The notes under the pieces were generated by a model that saw only the letters and a program-made list of their open reading frames with translations, was not told where the DNA came from and did no database searches. Of a stretch of DNA of 52,356 nucleotides, positions 35,276 through 44,373 are shown piece by piece. This DNA is from Bacilli bacterium (GTDB taxonomy: Bacteria; Bacillota_I; Bacilli_A; RFN20; CAG-288). Position numbers and translations under genes: made by a program. Within the stretch, counting starts at the first letter, position 1; each line of letters opens with the position of its first letter. Location: assembly GCA_022780765.1 (NCBI GenBank), contig JALEUS010000054.1:1-52356 (forward strand). The letters are read 5' to 3'.

Positions 35276-35401
35276 TAAAATTGAATAACAACCGGTATTT
35301 AAGTTATTTATTTTCATTAAATATTTTTCTTTAAAAATAAGTATATTTAGTTAATTTAAATAAGAAAAATAAATTAAACAACTTCTTTAATTAAAAATTA
35401 G

Positions 35402-35431
35402 TTGTTTAATGTATCAGCTAGACAATACAAT
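35402..35431 (+). promoter_or_regulatory. Candidate promoter for ispE
   Basis: -35 TTGTTT (35402-35407), an 18-nt spacer, then -10 TACAAT (35426-35431). Confidence 0.3.
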
Positions 35432-35482
35432 TAGATTGAAAAGAGAACTTGTCAGAATTAAAATATATAGGAAGGTAGATAT

Positions 35483-36352
35483 ATGAAAGAGTACACAATC
35501 AAAGCGAATGGGAAGATAAACCTGGCTATAGATGTCAGGAAAAGACTGGATAACGGATATCATGAAATAGACATGGTGACTGTTCCTTTAGAGCTGCACG
35601 ATACAATAAATATAAGTTATCTTAAGGATAACACAGCGGAGACTTATCTCTTCTGCAACGATGAGAAGATCCCCTGCGATGAATCCAACTTAGTTTACAA
35701 AGCTTATAAACTGTTAAAAGAGAAGGACGATTTCTCTGAGAAACTGAAGATATTCATATACAAGAGAATACCTGTTGAAGCAGGTTTAGGAGGAGGCAGC
35801 TCTGATGCTGCTGCAATCCTCATGAATCTCCCTGCAATACTGAAAAAGAAAAACGATATCGACATATACTCTTTAGCACCGATGATAGGAAGCGATGTCT
35901 CCTTCTTTTTAAACAACAGACCAGCAAGAGTCTTGTCAACAGGAGATAAGTTAGAAGACATAACGATCAAAGATAGTTACTATGTTCTTATAGTAAAACC
36001 AAAAGTCGGCCTCTCAACAAAACTTGTCTACGCTCTTTACGATGAGATGGAAGAAGATATCAAGCGTCCGAATATTCAAGAGCTGATAGAAGGACTGAAG
36101 ACAGGCGATGAGGAGAAGATACAAGCTAATATGATCAACGTCCTGACAAAACCAGCTACAAACAGAGTGCCGATAATAAACGATATCCTCTACGATATGA
36201 AGATGATGAACCTTCCATTATCCAATATGTCAGGAACAGGTTCTGCCTGTTTCGCGCTTTCTAAAGACAAGAACTATCTAAAAAAAGTGAGCGAAGTGTT
36301 TGAAAAGAAAGGACACAAAGTCTTTTTAACTCAGTTTAAACTCAATTCTTAA
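35483..36352 (+). CDS. ispE: 4-diphosphocytidyl-2-C-methyl-D-erythritol kinase (MEP pathway)
   Basis: 289 aa. N-terminal KANGKINLAIDV..RLDNGYHEIDMV and the GHMP-kinase motif PVEAGLGGGSSDAAA are present. Confidence 0.9.
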   Translation: MKEYTIKANGKINLAIDVRKRLDNGYHEIDMVTVPLELHDTINISYLKDNTAETYLFCNDEKIPCDESNLVYKAYKLLKEKDDFSEKLKIFIYKRIPVEAGLGGGSSDAAAILMNLPAILKKKNDIDIYSLAPMIGSDVSFFLNNRPARVLSTGDKLEDITIKDSYYVLIVKPKVGLSTKLVYALYDEMEEDIKRPNIQELIEGLKTGDEEKIQANMINVLTKPATNRVPIINDILYDMKMMNLPLSNMSGTGSACFALSKDKNYLKKVSEVFEKKGHKVFLTQFKLNS

Positions 36353-36399
36353 TTAATTTTTATATGAGCGATTTAGAATTATCATGGGAGGTGAACTCT

Positions 36400-38286
36400 T
36401 TGTCAAATAAGAATAAAAAACTCATCAAGTTGAGTGTTCTTCTGCAGGCCGCAATGATGGTTTCCTGTAAAACTACAAACAATATGGATTCCGTTTCAAA
36501 TTCATCCATAGTTGTGACATCAAGCGGGCAGATAATCTCTTCACCTGAATCTTCAATACCGAATAAATGGATAGATTGCAAAGTGATCGAGATTCCAGAA
36601 TTAGCAGAACCCGTCGGGTTAAAAGAACTCTATAGAGTCGGAGATACCATCTCTTTTTCAGTGAACAATGCAACCGGTTTCTCTTTGATTGTTACAATCA
36701 ACGACAAAGTTCTTCTCTCTGATAAAAACGGAATGTACAACTACACAATCCCCATTGAATCAAATACACTCATCATCAGAATCAAAGAAGACAAAGTCAA
36801 CATTCAACCAGAGATCATCTGCTATCCTGAAGAGTACAGAGAAAAAGTAAGTGTCTCTTACGATAACAAATCGTTGACACCGAACTCTTCTGTCACTTTT
36901 ACTTTCTCAAAAGACACAGCATACTCCATTGAAAAAGTTCTCTTAAATGGTGTAAAAATAAAATTGAATAACGATAGTTACTTCTACATCATTCCTGAAG
37001 AGGAAAGAAAATTGAAGCTAGAGATATATCTCATTAAGGAACCTGACATCATCTCTTTAAACATCGATTCAAATGAACCATTGAGTAAAAACTACACGAT
37101 AAGTGGAAACAAAAAGACATATACTGTAAATGAGAAAGCTGTCATCAATGTCAAGCCTGATGATTTTTACATGATAGAAAAAGTTCTTTTAAATGGAGAG
37201 ATTCTTTCCCCTAGCAAGACGACGACAGACTTAGGAAACACTTACGAATTTATAATCACAGCTACATCCTCATCAGAGAGCACCTTCTACATCTACACCA
37301 AACCTAAAAAACCTATCATCAGAGGTAAAGTCTCCATCATTGAAAAGGAAGGAGATACTTTAGGAAGTGCCTTAGATAGTTCAAGAAGAATACCAGGTCT
37401 TCATCTCAAACTTATAGATACGACTATAAACAGTGTCATCTGCGACAAGATAAACATCGATTTTGATAACGGAGGTTCTTTTATCTCCTATGTCAATGAG
37501 TACAATAACAACTACTACAGCGATCATCTCTACTCTCTGGAACTTTATAAACCAGAAGGAGATACATACGAGTTTGTCTACAGTCTAAATGGAATAACTC
37601 TGGATTATGATGATTCCAAATACGTTATCTCCTTCATCATTCCATTTATCGAAGGTAAAAAAGTTGATCTTTCTTACATCGGTGAGAAGTCTCTTCCAAA
37701 CGTCCCTCTGACAGTTGAGAAAAACGAGAGAACAAAGACGATAGATGATGGTAATCAAGTGATGTTATACGAGAAGAGAAAATCTATTACCGTTATAACA
37801 ACTTTAAAATACGATGGAAGAATTGTTGATGATAATGACGAAGTTATCAAAACTTTTTCAAGCACACCTTCCAAAATTGATTTTAAATTTTCAATGATAT
37901 TAGAAGATTACTTGAAGAAGCAGAGCGATTACACGATAACGATACATCATGACAAAGAGCTCTCTAAGTACATCGTCAATCAATATCTTCCTGACAATCA
38001 GACTGCAGACAGCGATGTAGATGACATCTATATCAAAGCTTTAAAAGAAGGAACTCTGCAGTTTATATTCAACAGAACCTACAATCCTAATGAGACATCA
38101 GCTTACACGTATAATGGTGCTTTAGCTATCAAAAACACCTCTTACAGATTCAATCTTCCAACCATGAGAAGTAAAAAATCTGTCACTTACATTGGCTCTC
38201 GCTTCGAGACAGATAACACCTTCACTGACGATGTAAACAAGGGTTCTTTCACGGTGTTAGAATACAAAGTAAATTGCCAAGATTGA
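36400..38286 (+). CDS. Predicted lipoprotein with three internal Ig-like repeats and an unassigned C-terminal region
   Basis: A TTG start at 36400 lies about 7 nt after GGGAGGTG. ATG 36364 has no SD and lies 11 nt after the ispE stop. The signal peptide plus lipobox is (M)SNKNKKLIKLSVLLQAAMMVSC. Confidence 0.8.
   Translation: MSNKNKKLIKLSVLLQAAMMVSCKTTNNMDSVSNSSIVVTSSGQIISSPESSIPNKWIDCKVIEIPELAEPVGLKELYRVGDTISFSVNNATGFSLIVTINDKVLLSDKNGMYNYTIPIESNTLIIRIKEDKVNIQPEIICYPEEYREKVSVSYDNKSLTPNSSVTFTFSKDTAYSIEKVLLNGVKIKLNNDSYFYIIPEEERKLKLEIYLIKEPDIISLNIDSNEPLSKNYTISGNKKTYTVNEKAVINVKPDDFYMIEKVLLNGEILSPSKTTTDLGNTYEFIITATSSSESTFYIYTKPKKPIIRGKVSIIEKEGDTLGSALDSSRRIPGLHLKLIDTTINSVICDKINIDFDNGGSFISYVNEYNNNYYSDHLYSLELYKPEGDTYEFVYSLNGITLDYDDSKYVISFIIPFIEGKKVDLSYIGEKSLPNVPLTVEKNERTKTIDDGNQVMLYEKRKSITVITTLKYDGRIVDDNDEVIKTFSSTPSKIDFKFSMILEDYLKKQSDYTITIHHDKELSKYIVNQYLPDNQTADSDVDDIYIKALKEGTLQFIFNRTYNPNETSAYTYNGALAIKNTSYRFNLPTMRSKKSVTYIGSRFETDNTFTDDVNKGSFTVLEYKVNCQD
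36619..37299 (+). repeat. Three tandem ~70-85-aa modules (protein level, with a residual DNA repeat)
   Basis: Modules contain GFSLIVTINDKVLL..MYNYTIP, AYSIEKVLLNGVKI..SYFYIIP and FYMIEKVLLNGEIL..TYEFIIT. A 23-nt stretch at 36928-36950 matches 37174-37196 with 2 mismatches, 246 nt apart. Confidence 0.7.
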
Positions 38287-38348
38287 TAAACTTTCAAATA
38301 AATTAATTAATTAAAGTGATAAACTATTAATTATTAGGAGGCTTTCGT

Positions 38349-40775
38349 ATGGCTAAAGAAGCTAAAGAAAAAGAAATAGCTCAAGAAGAATGCTTAGAGA
38401 AAGGCGAGCTAACACCAACTCTCTTGAAGAGAATGAACGCCTATTTTAGATTAGCTAACTATCTTTCTGCATGTCAATTGTATCTTCTTGACAACCCTCT
38501 CTTAGAGAGAGATCTTCAAGATAAAGACATCAAGAAGAAAATCGTTGGACACTGGGGAACTGTCCCTGGTCAGAACTTTGTTTACACTCATCTCAATCGT
38601 GTGATCAAAAGATATGACCTAGATATGATCCTTTTATCAGGTCCAGGTCACGGTGGAAACTTCTTTATCTCAAACGATTACATCGAAGGAACCTACAGTG
38701 AAGTCTATCCAAACATTACGATGGACAAAGCTGGACTTCAAAAACTTTTCAAGCAGTTTTCCTTCCCTGGTGGAGTTCCCTCTCACTGCGCACCTGAAAC
38801 TCCAGGCAGCATCAATGAAGGCGGTGAATTAGGTTACTCTTTAGCACATGGATTCGGTGCAGTTTTTGATAATCCTGAACTCATTGCAACAGTCATAGTC
38901 GGTGATGGAGAGAGTGAAACAGGTCCTCTTGCAACATCCTGGCAAGCAAATAAGTTTTTAAATCCAATAACTGATGGTGCAGTCTTACCTATCCTCAATT
39001 TAAACGGATACAAGATCTCTAATCCTACAGTGTTTGCAAGAATATCCAAAGAAGAGATGATAAAATTCTTCGAAGGTTGCGGTTGGAAACCATATATCGT
39101 CGAAGGCGATGATCCAATGAAGATGCATAAGCTCATGGCTGAGACTTTAGATACAGTGATCGAAGAGATTATCGCTATCAAGAAACATGCAGTCGAGACA
39201 AAAGATGCTACAAGACCTATCTGGCCTATGATCATCTTGAAGACTCCAAAAGGTTGGACAGGACCGAAGGTAGTCGATGGAAAAGATATCGAAAACACCT
39301 TCAGAGCACATCAGGTTCCTATCACAATGGACACACCTGAAGACAGAAAGAATCATCTCAAGATGCTTCAGGATTGGTTGAGATCTTATAAACCAGAAGA
39401 ACTCTTCGACAAAGAAGGACACATCAAGAAAGAGATAAGAGACCTCACTCCTAAAGGAGATAAGAGAATCGGATCAAATCCTCATGCAAACGGCGGAATC
39501 ATGATGAAAGATCTCCGTATGCCTGACTTTAGAAAGTATGCTTTCGACATCAAGGGCCACGGTGAAAAAGATGGTCAAGACATGACTGAATTAGGCAAGT
39601 TTATTAGAGATGTCATCAAATACAATGAGGACTCTAAAAACTTCCGTGTCTTTGGGCCTGATGAAACTATGTCAAACAGACTCAACTCGATTTTCGAAGT
39701 TACAAACAGACAGTTCGATGCTGAGAGATTGAAGAAAGATGAGTTCTTATCTAGCGATGGTAGAGTCATCGACTCCATGCTCTCTGAACATATGTGCGAA
39801 GGATGGCTTGAAGGATACCTGCTCACTGGTAGACATGGATTCTTCGCTTCCTATGAAGCTTTCATCAGAGTCATCGACTCCATGGTTGCTCAGCACGCTA
39901 AGTGGTTAAAGATCTGCAATCAGCTTCCTTGGAGACACAAGATAGCTTCCTTAAACCTCATATTAGCCAGCAACGTGTGGCAGCAGGATCACAATGGTTT
40001 CACCCATCAGGACCCTGGTTTCATGGATCACATCGCAAATAAGAAAGCCGATGTTGTCAGACTCTATTTACCACCTGATGCAAACTGTCTACTCTCCACT
40101 ATGGATCACTGCTTGAAGAGCAAAAACTACGTGAATGTCATCGTCGCTAGCAAGCATCCTCGTCCACAGTGGCTGTCGATGGAAGAAGCAGTTGTCCACT
40201 GCACACAAGGTATCTCCATCTGGGATTGGGCAAGCAACGATCAGGGTGCTGAACCAGATCTCATCATGGCCTGCGCAGGTGAGACCCCAACTCTTGAGAC
40301 CTTAGCTGCTGTATCTATCCTGAATGAAGAGCTCCCTGAAATCAAAATCAGAGTCATCAACGTCGTCGACCTCTTTAAACTCCAGCCTAAGAGCGAGCAT
40401 CCTCACGGCCTATCAGATGCTCAGTACGATGTGCTGTTTACAAAAGATAAACCTATCATCTTCAATTTCCACGGCTATCCTACTTTGATCCATGAGCTCA
40501 CCTACAGAAGAGCAAATAAGAATCTTCACGTGAGAGGATACAAAGAAGAAGGAACCATCACAACTCCATTTGATATGAGAGTACAAAACGACATCGACAG
40601 ATTCCATCTTGTACAGGATGCTATCTTGAGATTACCTCAGTTAGGAAACAAGGGTTCTTACCTGTATCAGAAGATGTCAAATAAACTTGTTCAGCACAAG
40701 CAGTACATCCACGAGTACGGTGTAGATATGCCAGAGATCGCTTCCTGGAGATGGAAAGATAGAAAAAAGAAATAG
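38349..40775 (+). CDS. xfp: Xylulose-5-phosphate/fructose-6-phosphate phosphoketolase
   Basis: 808 aa with an AGGAGG SD. Hallmarks are [28 protein letters not shown], the EGGELGYSL thiamine-PP region, and [17 protein letters not shown]. Confidence 0.95.
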   Translation: MAKEAKEKEIAQEECLEKGELTPTLLKRMNAYFRLANYLSACQLYLLDNPLLERDLQDKDIKKKIVGHWGTVPGQNFVYTHLNRVIKRYDLDMILLSGPGHGGNFFISNDYIEGTYSEVYPNITMDKAGLQKLFKQFSFPGGVPSHCAPETPGSINEGGELGYSLAHGFGAVFDNPELIATVIVGDGESETGPLATSWQANKFLNPITDGAVLPILNLNGYKISNPTVFARISKEEMIKFFEGCGWKPYIVEGDDPMKMHKLMAETLDTVIEEIIAIKKHAVETKDATRPIWPMIILKTPKGWTGPKVVDGKDIENTFRAHQVPITMDTPEDRKNHLKMLQDWLRSYKPEELFDKEGHIKKEIRDLTPKGDKRIGSNPHANGGIMMKDLRMPDFRKYAFDIKGHGEKDGQDMTELGKFIRDVIKYNEDSKNFRVFGPDETMSNRLNSIFEVTNRQFDAERLKKDEFLSSDGRVIDSMLSEHMCEGWLEGYLLTGRHGFFASYEAFIRVIDSMVAQHAKWLKICNQLPWRHKIASLNLILASNVWQQDHNGFTHQDPGFMDHIANKKADVVRLYLPPDANCLLSTMDHCLKSKNYVNVIVASKHPRPQWLSMEEAVVHCTQGISIWDWASNDQGAEPDLIMACAGETPTLETLAAVSILNEELPEIKIRVINVVDLFKLQPKSEHPHGLSDAQYDVLFTKDKPIIFNFHGYPTLIHELTYRRANKNLHVRGYKEEGTITTPFDMRVQNDIDRFHLVQDAILRLPQLGNKGSYLYQKMSNKLVQHKQYIHEYGVDMPEIASWRWKDRKKK

Positions 40776-40785
40776 ACAATAACAG

Positions 40786-40822
40786 AGGTTGCTCATAGTT
40801 TTATGAGCAACCTATTATTTTT
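40786..40822 (+). terminator. Rho-independent terminator after xfp
   Basis: AGGTTGCTCATA-GTTT-TATGAGCAACCT forms a 12-bp stem followed by ATTATTTTT. Confidence 0.8.
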
Positions 40823-40855
40823 CAATTATCATTTATTATTTTTTATAATTCTATA

Positions 40856-40883
40856 TTGATATCATGTTATTTCATGTTATAAT
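40856..40883 (+). promoter_or_regulatory. Strong sigma-A-type promoter of the 124-aa ORF/nfeD/SPFH operon
   Basis: -35 TTGATA (40856-40861), a 16-nt spacer, then TG-extended -10 TGTTATAAT (hexamer 40878-40883). The spacer holds a direct repeat TCATGTTAT x2 (40862-40870, 40872-40880). Confidence 0.6.
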
Positions 40884-40898
40884 TTTATTTGAGGTGAA

Positions 40899-41273
40899 AT
40901 GATGGAAATAACATGGCTTAAAAAAATCCCCGATAATGGAATAGCAACACTGGATAATTACAGCATCGTTTTAAATATGTATGCAGGAAGCAAGATAATA
41001 GATTACTATAAACTCAAAATAGGAGTGGACGAAAAACACAATATCATCATCTATCCAATATCGCGGAACGAGGTTGAAGATAAGCTTCTAGATGAGACTT
41101 CTCTCTTCTCATATGTGACCAGCAAAAGCTTTGTGAAGATCTCTTCCAAAGTTCTTATGAACAACATAGAAAACATCACTGGGATTGATCTCAGCACAAA
41201 AAGGAAGTTCAAGACGGATTATAATAGTGATAAGAAATATCTCACTATATTCCTTGATAAGGAGGTGAAATAA
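40899..41273 (+). CDS. Hypothetical cytoplasmic protein (124 aa), first gene of the nfeD/SPFH operon
   Basis: GAGGTGA SD. I recognise no TM segment, signal peptide or family. The stop shares one nt with the nfeD ATG (TAATG). Confidence 0.6.
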   Translation: MMEITWLKKIPDNGIATLDNYSIVLNMYAGSKIIDYYKLKIGVDEKHNIIIYPISRNEVEDKLLDETSLFSYVTSKSFVKISSKVLMNNIENITGIDLSTKRKFKTDYNSDKKYLTIFLDKEVK

Positions 41274-41737
41274 TGATTGATGATTGGATGTGGCTGATCT
41301 GGTTAGGGGTATTTGTCATCGCCCTGATCATAGAAGCTTTAGAATCAGAGATAGTCTCTATTTGGTTTTCTATAGCAGCAATAATAGCTTTGATCATCTC
41401 TTTTTTCACCACATGGTGGATTCAGCTGATCATCTTCATTGTCACTTCGACAGTGATGGTTATTCTGTTAAGACCAATACTGAAGAGACTGACGTTCTCA
41501 AAACCGCTGAAAAGCAACATTGATGAGATAATCTCAAAAAGAGGTATCGTCACTAAAAAAGCGACAAAATTAGAAAATGGAAGATGTAAAATCAACGATG
41601 TGACCTGGACTATTGTCCCTATCGATGATAAAGATATAGAAGAAGGAGAGATCATTGAAGTGGTCTCTGTATCGGGTAACAAGTTGTACGTTAAAAAAGC
41701 AAGTGACAACGCTGATGATAAGGAGGTTCAACAATGA
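41273..41737 (+). CDS. NfeD-family membrane protein
   Basis: 154 aa. Three N-terminal TM segments are followed by a C-terminal OB-fold-like domain (GIVTKKATKLENGRCKINDVTWTIVP..IEEGEIIEVVSVSGNKLYVKK). AGGAGGTGA SD. Confidence 0.8.
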   Translation: MIDDWMWLIWLGVFVIALIIEALESEIVSIWFSIAAIIALIISFFTTWWIQLIIFIVTSTVMVILLRPILKRLTFSKPLKSNIDEIISKRGIVTKKATKLENGRCKINDVTWTIVPIDDKDIEEGEIIEVVSVSGNKLYVKKASDNADDKEVQQ

Positions 41738-42702
41738 TTACATTAGCATCTATTCCCACCGAAGCGATAATAGGTATAGTCTTCGGTATACTGGGAGTTG
41801 TTATAATCTGTATTTTTGCTTTCCACATAAGAGTGGTCAATCAGACAGACAAATACGTTGTTGAAAGATTAGGAGCTTACAGAGCTACATGGGAGACAGG
41901 AATCCACTTCTTGATTCCTTTTATCGACAAGGTGGCAAAGAAAGTCTCATTAAAAGAGACAGTTCTCGATTTTGAGCCTCAGTCTGTCATCACAAGAGAC
42001 AACGTCACAATCCAGATAGATACAGTCGTTTTCTATCAGGTGACAGATCCAAAGCTCTTTGCATACGGTGCAAACGATCCAATCAAATCGATCGACTATC
42101 TCTCTTCGACAACTTTAAGAAATCTGATAGGTGAGTTAGATTTAGACTCCACTTTGACAAGCCGTGACCTCATCAATGAGAAGATGAGAGCAATTCTTGA
42201 TTCGGCAACAGATCCCTGGGGAATCAAAGTCAACAGAGTCGAGTTAAAAAACATTCTTCCTCCTAAAGACATCAGAGATGCCATGGAAAGACAGATGAGA
42301 GCTGAAAGAGAAAAGAGAGAAAAGATCCTTCTTGCTGAGGGTCAGAAACAGTCAGCCATCCTTATTGCTGAAGGAAACAAGGAAGCTATGATCAAAAATG
42401 CAGAGGCAGATAAACAAGCTCAGATCCTCTCCGCTGAAGGTAAAGCTCAATCTATGAGAGAGATTAAAAAAGCAGAAGCAGATGGTATCAGAGTCCTTCG
42501 TGATGCTGAAGCTGCAGGTATAGTTGCAATAAGAGAAGCCAAAGCAGATGAAGCAGTGTTGAAAATGAAATACTATGAAGCCTTAGCTACAGTAGCAAAC
42601 GGCAAAGCGACAAAGATATTTATCCCCAACAATCTAGCAGGTATTTCTTCTATAGCATCTGTTGCAAAAGAATCCTTAACAGATATACAAGATAAAGAAT
42701 GA
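41734..42702 (+). CDS. SPFH/Band-7 (stomatin/slipin-like) protein
   Basis: 322 aa. An N-terminal TM anchor is followed by ..YVVERLGAYRATWETGIHFLIPFIDKV..RDNVTIQIDTVVFYQVTDP.. and a C-terminal coiled coil rich in AEG/AEA. It overlaps nfeD by 4 nt. Confidence 0.9.
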   Translation: MITLASIPTEAIIGIVFGILGVVIICIFAFHIRVVNQTDKYVVERLGAYRATWETGIHFLIPFIDKVAKKVSLKETVLDFEPQSVITRDNVTIQIDTVVFYQVTDPKLFAYGANDPIKSIDYLSSTTLRNLIGELDLDSTLTSRDLINEKMRAILDSATDPWGIKVNRVELKNILPPKDIRDAMERQMRAEREKREKILLAEGQKQSAILIAEGNKEAMIKNAEADKQAQILSAEGKAQSMREIKKAEADGIRVLRDAEAAGIVAIREAKADEAVLKMKYYEALATVANGKATKIFIPNNLAGISSIASVAKESLTDIQDKE

Positions 42703-42708
42703 CACAAT

Positions 42709-42758
42709 AAGGTTGTTTCATAATCATATAAAAGATAAGAATGAGGCAACCTTTTTTT
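42709..42758 (+). terminator. Rho-independent terminator after the SPFH gene
   Basis: AAGGTTGTTTCAT (42709-42721) pairs with ATGAGGCAACCTT (42741-42753), including 2 G-U pairs, around a 19-nt loop and followed by T7. Confidence 0.6.
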
Positions 42759-42794
42759 AGTTTTCTTTTTTCTTTCTAATATCTTTTGTAATTT

Positions 42795-42822
42795 AAAAAA
42801 ATGGACAGCTATAGCTGTCCAT
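42795..42822 (-). terminator. Rho-independent terminator after the aminopeptidase gene
   Basis: On the minus strand, ATGGACAGC-TATA-GCTGTCCAT is followed by T6. Confidence 0.85.
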
Positions 42823-42859
42823 CCTTTTAAAAATTTATATTGATTGATCACTTAATCTA

Positions 42860-44224
42860 TCAGTATCTTATAAATGCTCTATAAGCTAGATATGTCTCAT
42901 AAACATCAGCTTTAGAAACTATCTCCATAGGTGAGTGCATCGATAAGACAGCCACGCCAGCATCTAAGACTTCCATGTTGTAGTTACCTAAGATATAAGC
43001 GATAGTTCCGCCTCCTCCAGCATCTACCTTTCCTAACTCTGAGCTCTGGTAGTAGATATCGTTTTCATCGAAAACTTTTCTTACAAAAGCAATGAACTCA
43101 GGCATAGCATCGTTAGCTCCTCTCTTTCCTGCAGAACCTGTGTACTTATTTATCACAATTCCCTTTGAGAAGTAGCATGAATTGTTCATGTCGTTGACAG
43201 AAGGATAAAGAGGATCGACAGCAGCAGACACATCGCTAGAGAGCATCTTTGACTTCTCCATAGCGTGTCTGATAGCTAAAAATGATTCATTACCTTGTTT
43301 GAAGAGAAGTTCAGCAACAACATTTTCAAACCATTTTGACTGTGCACCGGTAGCACCGATAGAACCCACCTCTTCTTTATCTACTAAAACAGCCATGGTG
43401 GTGTATTCACATTTTCCTTGATCAACAATAGCCATCAAAGAAGTGTATGCACAGACTTTATCATCGTGACCATAACCGGCGATCATCGATCTATCCAAAC
43501 CATAGTCCTTTGCTTTTATCGCAGGAACTGCGCACAGATCAGAAGATACAAAATCTTCCTCTTCAATTCCGTACTTGTTTTTAATAAGCTCGAGAAGATA
43601 ATTTTTTACTTCACCGCTTTTATCATCCTTCAATGGGATATTACCTACAGTGATATCTAAATCCTCTCCATCTATGACTTCCATTGCAGGTTTTTTAATC
43701 TGCGCAGCAGAGAGATGGATTAAAAGATCATTTACCGAAATCATAGGATCGTTTTCATCTTCACCGATGTTGATATCAACTTTCTCTCCGTTTTTCTTGT
43801 AGACCACACCATGTATAGCTAATGGAATAGTCACATACTGATATTTTTTAATTCCACCGTAGTAATGAGTGTTTAGCAAAGCAAAGCCGCACTTCTCATA
43901 AAGTGGATTCTGTTTGATATCGAGTCTAGGTGAATCGATGTGCGCACCTAAGATTCTCATTCCCTCTTCAATGGGTTTATCTCCGATAACACAAGCTAAG
44001 ATATTCTTATTTTTGTTTACGGCGTAGACTTTATCTCCAGGTTTTATCTCCTTAAGTGAGTAAAGATCTACAAATCCCTCTTTCTTGAGTATCTCTAAAC
44101 TAGCACTTACAGCATCTCTTTCTGTCTTGCTGTCAGTCAAAAAAGTTTTGTATCCTTCACAGAAGGAAAAGATCTTCTCTTTTTTATCTTCACTAGCATT
44201 TGTCCAAATATTTTTACAGTACAT
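42860..44224 (-). CDS. M18-family aminopeptidase
   Basis: 454 aa with an AGGAGG SD. Hallmarks are ..ILGAHIDSPRLD.., ..GYGHDDKVCAY.., ..VDKEEVGS.. and ..LSMHSPMEI... Length and order are typical of aspartyl/aminopeptidase I-type M18 enzymes. Confidence 0.85.
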   Translation of the reverse strand: MYCKNIWTNASEDKKEKIFSFCEGYKTFLTDSKTERDAVSASLEILKKEGFVDLYSLKEIKPGDKVYAVNKNKNILACVIGDKPIEEGMRILGAHIDSPRLDIKQNPLYEKCGFALLNTHYYGGIKKYQYVTIPLAIHGVVYKKNGEKVDINIGEDENDPMISVNDLLIHLSAAQIKKPAMEVIDGEDLDITVGNIPLKDDKSGEVKNYLLELIKNKYGIEEEDFVSSDLCAVPAIKAKDYGLDRSMIAGYGHDDKVCAYTSLMAIVDQGKCEYTTMAVLVDKEEVGSIGATGAQSKWFENVVAELLFKQGNESFLAIRHAMEKSKMLSSDVSAAVDPLYPSVNDMNNSCYFSKGIVINKYTGSAGKRGANDAMPEFIAFVRKVFDENDIYYQSSELGKVDAGGGGTIAYILGNYNMEVLDAGVAVLSMHSPMEIVSKADVYETYLAYRAFIRY

Positions 44225-44246
44225 AAAAACCTCCTAACATAAAGAG

Positions 44247-44274
44247 ATTATAGTATTTTAAATATCTTTTTCAA
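44247..44274 (-). promoter_or_regulatory. Candidate promoter of the aminopeptidase gene
   Basis: On the minus strand: -35 TTGAAA (44269-44274), a 16-nt spacer, then -10 TATAAT (44247-44252). Confidence 0.6.
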
Positions 44275-44373
44275 TAAAAGAACATCGGTTTAAAGTAGCG
44301 ATTAAACATCTTTTAAGTTATCTACCTGAGAAAGCAATTAGAAAAAAATGACCCTCTATGTAGTATAATTAAG

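Noticed and set aside
35209-35334. Two mini-ORFs lie in the intergenic island: MAKTKG* (35209-35229) and a 17-codon TTG ORF (35281-35334).
   Set aside because: They are too short, and without comparative or ribosome-profiling support they cannot be called genes. They are mentioned only as possible leader-peptide elements.
35101-35363. A possible invertible promoter (inverton) controlling the giant adhesin operon. The left arm, about 35107-35128 (reverse complement TTTTAAGTATATATTTAAGTTT), partially matches a right arm at about 35337-35363 (TAAGTATATTTAGTTAATTTAAATA). The arms flank the predicted promoter.
   Set aside because: Only a 9-nt perfect core (TAAGTATAT) is shared, and the rest needs gaps. 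Such matches are expected by chance in nearly pure A+T DNA. No invertase or recombinase gene is present in the window. Read-orientation analysis would be needed to revive the idea.
35084-35482. The divergent, AT-rich 399-bp intergenic region could be a replication origin, since gene orientation diverges here.
   Set aside because: dnaA and dnaN are not adjacent and there is no cluster of DnaA boxes; the best match is TGATCCACC, 7/9. The strand switch at 11.16 kb, only 24 kb away, shows that these orientation changes are local operon structure. Genome-wide GC skew would be decisive.
44225-44373. An SRP (4.5S/scRNA) gene was expected here, because it is found immediately upstream of dnaX in B. 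subtilis and many Firmicutes.
   Set aside because: The region is AT-rich. It lacks the conserved SRP domain-IV elements (no GGUGCUGUUU.. / ..CAGGUCCGGAAGGAAGCAGC-like sequence). It contains only divergent promoter-like elements.
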